The notes beneath the pieces are model-generated. The model was not told where the DNA came from, did no database searches, and worked only from the letters and a program-made list of their open reading frames with translations. The position numbers were made by a program, and so were the translations under genes. From assembly GCA_951406725.2 (NCBI GenBank), contig OX597820.1, positions 19,034,001 to 19,098,000 of the forward strand: DNA of 64,000 nucleotides, given 5' to 3'. Source of the stretch: Octopus vulgaris (taxonomy: Eukaryota). This document shows, piece by piece, positions 51,885-64,000 of this stretch (position 1 is its first letter; every line of letters starts with the position of its first letter).

Positions 51885-53190
51885 AACGCCAACCGCTTTA
51901 CAGAGTGTGCTGGGTGCTTTTTATGTGGCACCAGCACCATATAATTTTATATACAAGGTCAAGGAAGCATAATGTTCTTCATAAGACTTCTTTTGCCTCA
52001 GGTGACTTGTATAAAACATGATTTGTTTTTTTTTTATCTTCTGTTGATATGGAGCAGTTGACTAATGATGGCCCTTACAGGCCCTCCAGTCACAAATACA
52101 AATACAAATTAAATTGTATTAGAATGTTAAAAGAAAAATCTATAGTTGGTGTTATGATATACTTTTAACTATTTCTTTTATTTATTTGGGTTTAATTACC
52201 TGGTGCTCATCAATTAATCTCAGTAAAGTCACTGAAGCTAGATTATATTGTCCATTGTAATGTAGTGATGTGAAAATTAACTAAAAATTATTCATCACCA
52301 GAAGTTAGTCATGTGTTAACACTGGTTTTATTCTGTTAAATCAACTAAATTTCTTTCAGAATTAAAAACAGGATATATGTTATTGTTTATTCAAGATTAT
52401 GTTCTGCCTGTGGCTGTTCTTTCCTATCTTTGTCGTGAGTCTACTGACATCTTAATTCTGGATATTCTACACAAGATCCATTGTCATCATCATTTTACAG
52501 AAGTTAACCCTGTGCAACTACCATCATCTAATGTCCGTTTCTTTTTCCATGCTTGCATGAGTCTAATGAAATTTGTTGAAGCAAATGCTTTGTGGTTGGA
52601 TGCTCTTCCTGTTGACAACCCTCACTTGTTTTCAAGCAATTTAATATTTTCTTATAAGCTAGACATGTTTTTTTGTTTTGGAAGATTGGAACAAACAACT
52701 TCTCTTGTAGGATGATGACGATGCTCATTTACGACCATCATGTGATATCTAGATAAGAGTGCAGCATCTCGGATCAGGGTTTTCTACTATAGACCTGGCC
52801 CCGGCCAATGCCTTGTGAGTGAATGTGATAGATGGAATACTGGGGACATGACAAAAGACTGAGATATATGGTGCCTTGATATGCACAAGAAGACCTGCCC
52901 ACCACAGCAGAATTGATACTGATGCAGGTGCCACGTAAAAAAGCACCCAGTACACTCAGTAAAGTGGTTAGAAATGATGCTGGAACAGACAACAGAGCCT
53001 GGAGGGTCCCTGGGCTTACCAGCTCCTATCAAACCATCCAATCCATGCTAGTATGGAAAACGGACAATAAATGATGATGATGATGATGGTGATGGTGATG
53101 GTGGTGACATATACATATGTATAATGGACTTCCACATCCTTGTGAGTGAACTTGGCAGATGGAAACTGAGAGAAGCCCATCATATGCATG

Positions 53191-53237
<47 letters not shown>

Positions 53238-54553
53238 CCTTGTGCAGACATGTAATAGTTATAAATGAACATCAATATCATACATGTGTGATTGTAAAAT
53301 ATAATTATTTAAAACAAATTTCTCATTTATGTGCACGATGGGCTTCTATTTATACATGTATGAGTGTGTGTGTGTGTGTTTATCCCCCCTACCATCATTT
53401 GACAATCGGTGTTGGTTTGTTTATGTCCCTGTAACTTACAATAAGTACTGGTGTTAATTTGTTCAACTAAACTCTTCAAGACCGCTCCCCAGCATGGATG
53501 CAGTCCTATCAATGACCCCAAAGCTAAAAAGATAAAATTCATGTGTTTCTATAAGGACATTATTTATTTTTTCTACTCTAAGCACAAGGCCTGAAATTTT
53601 TTTTTGTCGGGGAGCAGTCGATTACATTGACCCCAGTACACAACTAGTACTTGATTTACCAACCCCAAAAGGATAAGAGGCAAAGTCGACCTAGGTGGAA
53701 TTTGAAGACATAATTTATTGAAAAAAAAAAAGAATTAAAAAAAAAATTCCTCAAAAAAAAAAAAAAAAACCTTCATTGTCATGTTATTTTTCTTTGCTTT
53801 CTGACATTGTACTAGCTCTGTCTCTCTCTTTCAGCATCTAACCTAGCCACTTCCTACATGCTGATACCAAAACAACGGATTTCAAATTTTTAAAGTTGAA
53901 CCAAATTTAGATTTAACTTAACACCATTATACAGAAGAAATCTTTTTCTGCTTTACTGCAAAAAAAAAAAAAAAAAAAGATAAGGAAAAAAGAAAAGGAA
54001 AAAAAAAAGGAGAAAAGTGTTCTTGTGTTTTATTCGTCATTTCGGTTATTTACTTTTGTTTCAGAGTTTTGTAATTTTAGTTTCTGCCAGACACAAATGT
54101 CTAAAGAGAGAAGTGGGAGACTGGGGTGTTACACAACTGTTTGCTTTTTGCTGGTGTCAAGGCAGTGTAAAAGAGGACACACATATATATATATATATAT
54201 ATATATGTATATGTTTATATATATATATATATAAGTCATTTGGAATGTTAGTTGGCTTTCTTGTATTAAGATCTCAGTCATACTTACGTACTAGTATGAG
54301 TTTATTATTCACCATACGATTTTTGGTATATACAGGGTGGCCCAAAAGTCACAGAGGGGTCTAAAAGTTTAATGAATTTGTTTTAATTACATATTTTATT
54401 TGTAAATCACAAAATGTGTGACTCTTTACTTCTAATGTATATATATTTCCTGTATGTATATATGGTTCTGGAGTCAGTCTCACTGCATGTCACCAGACAG
54501 AAACTGAAAGAAGCCTGTCGTATATATATATGTATATATGTGTGTGTGTGTGT

Positions 54554-54609
<56 letters not shown>

Positions 54610-54625
54610 TTATGTATATGTATGT

Positions 54626-55028
<403 letters not shown>

Positions 55029-55437
55029 TCATCATCGTTTAGCGTCCGTTTTCCATATATATATATATATATTTATATATATTTATATATATATATATAT
55101 ACATTATGCTTGTGTGTCTGTGTTTGTCGCCACCACCATCACTTGACAACTGATGTCGGTTTGTTTATATCCCTCTAACTTAGCGGTTTGACAAAAGAGA
55201 CCGATAGAATAAGTACTAGGCTTACAAAGAATAAGTTGTGCTCGATTCATTTGACTAAAGGCGGTGCTCCAGCATGGCCACAGAAATGACTGAAACAAGT
55301 AAAATAATATATATATATACTCAAACACACACACGTATATATCTATTTATATTAAGGGCTAACTACTTGATAAATTTTTATAAAGATTTTATCCTATTTT
55401 CAATTATATGTATATATATGTGTGTGTGTGTGTGTGT

Positions 55438-55482
<45 letters not shown>

Positions 55483-57250
55483 TGTGTGTGGTGCTAAGCT
55501 ATCTTTAAATTTAAACAGCATAAATGAATTATTAACACTTTTGTGACATTTGAGCCACCTGTGACTTTCGGGCCACCCTGTACTTTGGCCAGCATTGGTA
55601 ATATGCTACCCATCACACAAAGCTGCAATTATTATAGTAAGACTTCTTTTAAATTTCAAGGGATTTATTCAAAAATAATGAAATGATTCTTTTATCTTTT
55701 ACTTGTTTCAATCATTGGACTGCAGCCCTGCTAGGGCATCATCATGAGGGGTTCTTTCAGTCAAACAAATCAACCCTTCCTCCCCAGTACTAATTTTTAA
55801 ATCTGGTACTTAGTGTATTCATCTGTTTTGCTGAACTGCTAAGGTAGAAGGTTGTAAACAAACCAACACCAGTTGTCGTGTAGTGGCGTGCATGTGGCGG
55901 GACACACGGACACACATACATATATACATGCATGCATATATGTATACCTTAGAATTTTTTTTATTCACAAAGGTTTTTCAAAACAATATTTTTATGCTTT
56001 ATAAATTCTTCAAGAACCAATTTCATAAAAGAATTATTCAAGCATTCTCTCAAAAAAAGTTGTGGTTGCTGCCAGCCTCCCCTGGCACCTGTGCCGGTTG
56101 CACGTAAAAAGCACCCACTACACTCACGGAGTGGTTGGCGTTAGAAAGGGCATCCAGCTGTAGAAACACTGCCAGATCAGACTGGAGCCTGGTGCAGCCT
56201 ACTGGTTTCCCAGACCCCGGTTGAACCGTCCAACCCATGCTAGCATGGAAAACGGATGTTAATCAACAATGATGATGATGATGATGTGACTTTTTGTCAA
56301 CTGGCACTCTGTTAGTTATGATGACGAGAATTCTGGTTGATCCGATCAACGGAACAGCCTGCTCGTGAAATCAACATGCAAGCGGATGAGTACTCCACAG
56401 ACATGCATACCCTTAATGTAGTTCTCAGGGAGATTCAGTGTATAGAATGTGACAAGGCTGGCCCCTTTGAATTACGGGTACCTCTCATTGTCGCTAGCTG
56501 AGTAGACTGCAGTAACATGGAATAAAGCACCATGATGAAACGATACAACACGCTGCCAGGTATTGAAACCACGACCTTATGAGTGTGAGCCGCATACCCT
56601 AACCTCAGAGCCACATGCCTTCACAATGTGTGATTTTTTAGTACAACCAAGCAACCAACAATGAGTATGATTAAAATGAAATTCCAAGAGAAAGAATCCT
56701 CTTTACCGATATTTTCTCTAACTTGCTATTTTTTTATTTAACTTTTCATTCGAAATTTTTGCAAATTTTCAAAACTTTCATTTTTAACATCTATTTTCTT
56801 CCGAAAATTAGATTATCTAAATATTTTCTGATTAGAATAATAAGCTGTTTGAAATTGCATTTCGATAAGTTTCTTTTAATTGTGTTATCCAAGAGTAATA
56901 TGTATTGCAATATGGAACACTACACCAATGTAAAACAAATGGTTATGTTCTCTCTTGAAGAGACCCCCCCCCCAATCATCACCACCACCACCACCACAGC
57001 GAACTAATACATATTTTCAGCCTTTTGCTTTTCTCATATTCTTTCACTTGTTTCGGCCATTTGACTGCGGCCATGCTGGAGCACCGCCTTTAGTCGAACT
57101 AATCGACCCCCAGGAACTTATTCTTTGTAAGCCTAGAACTTATTCCAGCTGTCTCCTTTGCCGAACCGCTGAGTAACAGGGACGTAAACACACCAACATC
57201 AGATGTCAAGTGATGTTGGCAGGGGTACAAACACAACCACATAAACATAC

Positions 57251-57315
<65 letters not shown>

Positions 57316-57850
57316 ATTTCTTTCAGCTTCCATCTACCAAATCTACTCCATAGTCTAATGACTAAAGTTGATGACATTGACCCCAGTATTTTACTGGGAC
57401 CTTGAAAGGGTGAAAGACAAAAAATTGACCTCGGTGGAATTTGAACTTAATGTAAAAGATGAACAAAACACCACTAAGCATTTGGTCCAGTGCAGTTACA
57501 ATTCTGCTTGCTAACCACATTGATAATAATAATAATAATAATAATTGTTTCAATTTTTGCCACAAGGGCAGCTCGAGGGAGGCGGGGATGAGTCAATTAC
57601 GTCGACCCCCAGTGTTTCACTGGTACTTAAATTTATCAACCCCGAACGGATGAAAGGCAAAGTTGATCTTGGTGGCATTTCGTCTAGCATGCAAACAATT
57701 CTGCCAGCTCACCGCCCAAATAACATTAATAATAATGATAATAATAATAATAATAATAATAATAATGTAATGATGATGATGATGATGATAATAATAATAA
57801 TAATTATAATAATAATGTGTCTGTAATAATAATAATAATAATAATAATAA

Positions 57851-57956
57851 TGTGCCTGATGTACCCTTATTGGATGGGTAGTCATGATAGGTATACTGGG
57901 CTTCGTATATTTTACCCCAGTGTCACTTTGATGGCATGCACTGCTCTCTCACTCAA
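57851..57956 (+). mobile_element. 3' end of a (TAA)n-tailed retroposon embedded in (TAA)n
   Basis: Unique-looking 105-bp block ending CTCTCTCACTCAATAATAAT and flanked by TAA repeats on both sides; recalled as an octopus repeat end. Confidence 0.5.
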
Positions 57957-58577
57957 TAATAATGATGATAATAATAATAAAGATAGCAATTATAATAAAT
58001 CTGTAAAACACCAAATAAGCTGAATATACGGACAGTCATATAACATAGATGTTATAATAAAGTAAAAACAAAAGTTATCCTGTTCTTGATTTTATGGTGG
58101 AATCTGAATGCAAACCAGACATGTGATGCAAGATTTTATGAATCAGATGAAGTTTATGATGGTTTGATATCAAGATGGTCTCTGTTTGGTTTTGTTAGTA
58201 CCCCCATCCTCCCCCGCTCGTCTGTATTAGGCTATATTTTTGCTTTGAGAGTAATTGATTCGGTAAGTTCTGTTTTTGTAGCAAAACTGAGTGACTTTTG
58301 TTTTTATATATATATATATATGTATGTTTCATTGATGGCTGTGTGGGTAAGAAGCTTATTTTGTAATCATGTAGTTTCGAGTTCAGTCCCGCTGTGTGGC
58401 ATCTCGGTCAAGTGTCTTTTACTATTAACCCCCAGGCTAAGCAATGTCATGTCAGTGAATTTGGAAATTTGGTAGGTGGGAACTTTGTAAAAACCTGTTT
58501 GTGTGTGTGTACTTTTATATACAAACACACATATGCATATCTGTGTATTTCTGTCAGTCTTTCTGTCTATCTATATA

Positions 58578-58639
<62 letters not shown>

Positions 58640-59199
58640 TGCATACCTGTGTATATCTATCTATCTTGCTGTCTATCTCTCAATCTATTTATCTATCTGT
58701 CTGTCTATCTGTCTATCTATCTATCTATATCTATCTTTCTCGATATATATATATATATATATATACACATACATACACACATATATGTGTATATGTGTGT
58801 ATGTGCCTGTGTGTATATATTTGTGTATTTAAAGCACTGTTTCTGAGGTTGTGTTAAAAGCACCCATTACGCTCTGTAAAGTGGTTGGCATTAGGAAGGG
58901 CATCTAACCAGAGGAACCATGCCAAAACAGACAATTAGTGCCTGATGCAGCTCCCCTATTTACCAGCTCCTGCCAAACCCTCCAACTCATGCCAGCATGG
59001 AAAACAGATGTTAAATGATGATGATGATGATATATGTGTATGTGTATGTGTGTGGGGGGGGACACAGGTGTGGTTGTGTGTTAAGAAGTTTGCTATCCAG
59101 GTTCAGTTCCACTACATGACACCTTGGGTAAGCATATTCTACTATTGCCCTGTGTTAACTAAAGTCTGGTGGGTGGATTTGATAGACAGAAACAGAAAG

Positions 59200-59599
59200 G
59201 CAGTGAGCTGGCAGAAACGTTAGCACGCCGGGCGAAATGCACAGCAGTATTTCCTCTGCTGCTATGTTCTGAGTTCAAATTCCGCCAAGGTCGACTTTGC
59301 TTTTCATACTTTCAGGGTCGATTAAATAAGTACCAGTTACGCACTGGGGTCAATATAATTGACTTAATCCATTTGTCTGTCCTTGTTTAGCCCCTTGTGG
59401 ATAGTAAAGAAATAGGTATTTCATCTGCTGCTATGTTCTGAGTTCAAATTCCGCTGAGGTCGACTTTGCCTTTCATCTTTTCGAGGTCGATAAATTAAGT
59501 ACCAGTTACACACTGGGGTCAATATAATCGACTTAATCCGTTTGTCTGTCCTTGTTTGTCCCCTCTGTGTTTAGCCCCTTGTGGGCAGTAAAAGAAATA
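59200..59599 (+). mobile_element. SINE-B partial tandem dimer with 12-bp TSD, inside an RTE-tailed SINE
   Basis: AGAAACAGAAAG at 59188-59199 and 59600-59611; the second unit restarts at GGTATTTCATCTG. Confidence 0.85.
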
Positions 59600-60052
59600 A
59601 GAAACAGAAAGAAGCCTGTTGTGTATGTATATAATATGTATGTGTGCATGTGTGTGTGTGTGTGTTTGCGTGCACTCTTGTCTTGACATTACATGATGGT
59701 CGTAAGCAAGCATCATCATCATCATCATTGCCATCACCACCCGCATGACTGTCATCACCATCATCATCATAATACAAGCAAAGTTGTTAATTTCCAGTCT
59801 TCCTTAGAAAACATGCCTCGCCAAGCGAAGACATCATATGAGGGAAGGTGACATGAAAGTTGTCCAATCATAGAAAAATCTGCTTTGACAAATTCTGTTT
59901 CCCACGCAAGCAAGGAAACATGGAAAATGTGGACGTTGAAATGACCGCTATGATGACACCTACACACACCCACACGCACATAAAAGAATTTATTCAAACA
60001 CAGCAGGTTTTGTTTTGGGTCAAAGAAATATCTCTTGAGCTTTATTCATTCA

Positions 60053-61281
60053 ATTATCACTATCTAGTCTTCATAAAAAAATTTTTTTTAAATCTTCCTC
60101 AGATGCAATAATATGGCTTGTATTTATTCTGCTCCATTGCTTTTTCTAATTACAAGGAAGTGCTATAATAATGGCTGGTTAAAAAGAAAAAAAAAAACTA
60201 TTGCAAAAGAGAAGAAATTGATGTTACAGGCATCTTATTTATATTTATTTGAAAATAATTGTATTATTACTATAGGTGTTTGATTGGAAGAAGAATATAA
60301 TCTTATAACTAATAATTATTTTCGGTAAAAAAAAAATCAAATAAAATAAACCTGATATAAGTTCTAGAAATAGCAAAGAACTTAGCTGTTGGATCCGGCG
60401 TTGTTTGTGGTTTCCATGTTGAAGTTAAGCCCACTTCTGACCTTGTATTGAAATCTTCTACATTCCCCGTGCCAACTATTACCCGTTGAGATGTTGTATC
60501 TGGTTCGGCAAGCTGTTGCAGGATGAGTAGATATGTTGCAGGCGGAGGAAAATGGTCAGAGCAGGCGACGGAGTTTTGTTGATGGAGCGGAGTTTTTGCA
60601 GCCGATGGCAACATGTTCAGTGGTGCAGAGGACACAAATGTAAATAAGCATTTCCTTTGAGACTGTTCTATCGATTTTGTTGAAATTTTGCATGTGAAAA
60701 AATGCAAAAGCTGCAGGAAAAATGACGTCATCGTGGGAATTTCCATTCAAATGCCCAACTGAGCTCACAAAAATCGATGCCAACGGAGCATTATTGAGTT
60801 TTCAAAAAATCTCAGCATTATTTAAACTTCAGGGCATGTGATCTACATATGTGCCAAAAATCACTAAAATCAGTTGGGCAGTGTGGGAGGAGTTAGAATA
60901 ACCCCAAATACACACACACACACCATTACACATTTATATATATAGATTATCACTATCTAGTCTTCATAAAAATTTTTTTAAAACCTTCCTTGGATGCAAT
61001 AATATGGCTTATATTTATACTGCTCCATTGCCTTTTGTAATTACAAGGAAGTGCTATAATAATGACTGGTTAAAAAGAAATAAAAAGAATCTCTAGCAAA
61101 AGAGAAGAAATAGATGTTACAGGCATCTTATTGATATTTATTTGAAAAATAATTGTATTATTACTATAGGTGTTTGATTGGAAGAAGTATACAATCTTAT
61201 AACTAATAATTATTTTCGGTAAAAAAAAAACAATAAAATACAATGAACCTGTGATAAGCTCTCGAAATAGTTGAGAATTAG
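60053..61281. repeat. Two ~330-bp direct repeats (60053-60385 and 60946-61281) bracketing the Helitron-like element
   Basis: Colinear from ATTATCACTATCTAGTCTTCATAAAAA to GAAATAG..AGAA.TTAG with scattered substitutions. Confidence 0.9.
60382..60946 (-). mobile_element. Helitron-like non-autonomous element
   Basis: Minus strand starts TCTATATATATAAA plus (TG)n and ends CAACGCCGGATCCAACAGCTAAG, a degenerate hairpin and CTAG. Confidence 0.7.
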
Positions 61282-61867
61282 TGCTTCATATTTTTCAGAT
61301 TATATATATATTTTTTTTATCGCTTCTACAAACTTGAGTATCTTCTCCATGCTGTAGATTTGTAAACAATTATTATATATCTTGTTTATGTTCTTTTATT
61401 TTTTCGCTCTTTTGCTTGTTTCGGATATTAGACTGCGGCCATGCTGGGGCACCGCCTTGCACAATTTATATTTTGTTGAATGAATTGACCCCAGTGTTTA
61501 TTTATTTATTTATTTATTTTTAAAGCCTGGTGCTTATTCTCTCGGTCGCATTTGCTGAACCACTAAGTCATGGGGACATAAATACAACAACACCGATTGT
61601 TAATCGGTGGTGGAGCACAAACGTGTGCACACACGCACACACATACAATGGGCTTCCTTCAGTTTCCATCTATCGTATCCACTCACACGGCTTTGGTCAG
61701 CCTGAGCCTGTAGTAGAAGACATTTGCTCAAGATGCCATGCAGTGGGACTGAACCCAGAACCATGTAGTTTGGAAGCAAGCTTCTTACCACGCAACCATG
61801 CCTATGTGTTTTTGAGAGTAAAACTATCCTCTCTTTCATCATCATCATCATCATCATCACAATTTAA

Positions 61868-62323
61868 CCCTTTAGCATTTAATCCGGCTGTATCCGGCTT
61901 AACCCTTTCGATAACAACCCAGCTGAAACCGGCTCTGTCTCTGAGTACAAATGTCTTGTTTTCATAAGTTTTGAATTAAAATCTTCCACCAAACCTTAGT
62001 CACAATTTATGTTCCTAACACTAGCTGAATGATAACTAAGTTATTTTACTAAACTCGTTCTATTTAAAGTAATTGAAAGAAACACAGAGCATCTCAACAG
62101 AAATACAGTAATGAAAAGGTTAAATATTCTACCTGTTTTATATTTAAACCAACCAGATCCAGCCTCTCACACCATCCCTACAATGCCATTCTTAAAGCTA
62201 AATTGTCATTTAATCGAAATATCAAAGCTACGAGATATTGAATAACTTATTCAAAACAGTATGAGTAAATAAGCGTTTAAACTGGCCATGTCCATTTGAC
62301 CGAGTTATCTGAATGCTAAAGGA
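61868..62323. mobile_element. Family D MITE with a family E MITE (61903-62119) nested at an internal TTAA
   Basis: Inner element has TTAA at 61899-61902 and 62120-62123; outer halves match family D. Confidence 0.8.
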
Positions 62324-63331
62324 TTAGCATACATGTTCCAGGCTGTCATGGGTCGGATTGTTAAACAGGCTCTGATGGTCCGAAGGATTGCTGCATGCTT
62401 CCGGTGCCTGCTTTAGTATAATTTCCGTGGCTGGATGCTCTTTCTGACACCAACCATTTTATTTTACTTATGTGTGCTTGGTGCATTGTTTTCGTTCCAA
62501 CTGCTGTAGTGAAGACACCTCTTTCATTTTATTGTTTAGCATGATCATTACCAGCATCGCCTTACTGGCACTTGTGCTGGTGGCACGTGAAAAAAAATTT
62601 GAGCGAGGTCATTGCCAGTGCTGCTGGACTGGCTCCTGTGCAGGAGGCATGTAAAAAAACACCATTTGAACGTGCCCTTTGCCAGTACTACCTGACTGGT
62701 CCCTGTGCCAGTGGCACGTAAAAGCACCCACTACACACTCATAGTGGTTGGCATTAGGAAGGGCATCCAGCTGTAGAAACTCTGCCAGATCAAGATTGGA
62801 GCCTGGTGCAGCCATCTAGTTCGCCAGTCCTCAGTCAAATCGTCCAACCCATGCTAGCATGGAAAGCGGACTTTAAACGATGATGATGATGATGATAGAT
62901 AATGTAAGGGTATTGGATGGTATGGCCCATGGTGTTTACTTGTGATTCTCCATGTTCTGACATCAAATCCTGCTGAGGTCAACGTTGTCTTTTGTCCTTT
63001 TGCGATTCAATAAACAAAGTACCAGATTGGCAGAATGTTAGAGAATCAGATGAGATACCTTGTAGTGATTACTCCAGTCCTTTTGTGTTCTAACATCAAT
63101 GTCTGCAATGACACTGATGTCAAATTGTGTCAACCCTAAGACAGTGGCCTTTCTCTTGGTCACCATCAGTGATGTGGAGAGATTTGCAATTATGGACAAT
63201 TACTAATCTTCCAAAAATATTAATAAACTTGTCACAGACATGGCAGAGTGGTTAAGAAGGTTGCTTTGCAACCATGTGGTTTTAGGCTCAATCCCATTGT
63301 GTGACACCTTGGACAAGTGTCTTCAACTATA

Positions 63332-63520
63332 GTGAGAATTTATAAAAAAACAAAAGATGAAGATGGGTGTAAACATCAAATAGATGTATTAGTTTAACGC
63401 TTGGGAAGTGAGAAAGTCTTTTACATTTCGAGCCTACGCTCTTTAACAGAATGGAACACGGAAATAAACAGGGAGAGAAAAAAAAAAAAAAGGTTTAGTG
63501 GCTAGTGATCTATTATGGCG
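63332..63520 (-). mobile_element. Hammerhead-bearing short element (copy 3), inserted into a SINE-A copy
   Basis: Reverse complement reads CTGTTAA-A-GAGC gtag GCTC-GAAATGTAAAAG; it splits SINE-A at CTATAG. Confidence 0.65.
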
Positions 63521-64000
63521 AAGCCCTTTAGTTCCAGGCTGGCTAATGTCTTGTGAGTGGATATAGTAGATAGAAACTGTGGACGCTAGCCATGTATGTG
63601 TGTGTGTTTTTTATATATACACACATACATACACACACACACACACACACATATTCATGATATATACACACACACATTATATATACACACACATATTTAT
63701 ATATATATATACACACATACACACACGCATAGAGGTTTGTATGTATATCTTTGTGTGTGTTTGTTCTCCATGCTTACAGTCACTGCTTGGCAACCAGTGT
63801 TGGTTTGTTCACATCTGCGTACATTAGCAATTCAGTGAAAGAGACCGTAAGAATAAGTTGTCTCAGACTTAAAAAAACGAAAACAAGCAAGAAGAAAAAC
63901 AAAATTACTAATTGGTTGGGGGCAGGATGCAATTTGTACAACTAAACCCATCAGTGGGGTGCCCCAGCATGGTCGCAGTCTATATTTCTTTACTGCCCAC

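Noticed and set aside
58086-58475. 129-aa ORF with a strong GTAAGT donor at 58263
   Set aside because: No ATG start, the 3' half is SINE and microsatellite, and no homology is recognised; a micro-exon cannot be supported.
60053-61281. LTR retrotransposon or TRIM interpretation of the 330-bp repeats
   Set aside because: No TG...CA termini, PBS or polypurine tract; the interior has Helitron ends.

Overview
AT-rich, repeat-saturated eukaryotic intronic or intergenic DNA. The SINE, LINE and microsatellite families look like those of an octopus (coleoid cephalopod) genome; this is recognition from memory, not a database result. The only long credible ORF belongs to a young, 5'-truncated RTE-clade LINE (27271-29918), whose reverse transcriptase carries an in-frame C4HC3 PHD-type zinc finger before the thumb region. 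The rest is layered mobile DNA: three or four tRNA-headed SINE families, many RTE 3' tails, piggyBac-like (TTAA), hAT (8-bp TSD) and Tc1/mariner (TA) MITEs, Helitron and Helentron-type elements, decayed RTE and CR1 fragments, tandem arrays and long (TA)/(CA)/(ATT)/(CTAT) microsatellites. The most interesting signals are four 160-200 bp elements carrying a minimal type I hammerhead-ribozyme motif (Penelope pLTR or retrozyme-like, three with a non-canonical U at core position 6), the PHD-in-RT LINE, a Helitron-like element bracketed by ~330-bp direct repeats, and three short candidate ATG-bearing exons that all end in phase 1. No host gene is confidently identified. Almost all ORFs in the supplied track are microsatellite or SINE artefacts. 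Coordinates of diverged repeats are approximate.
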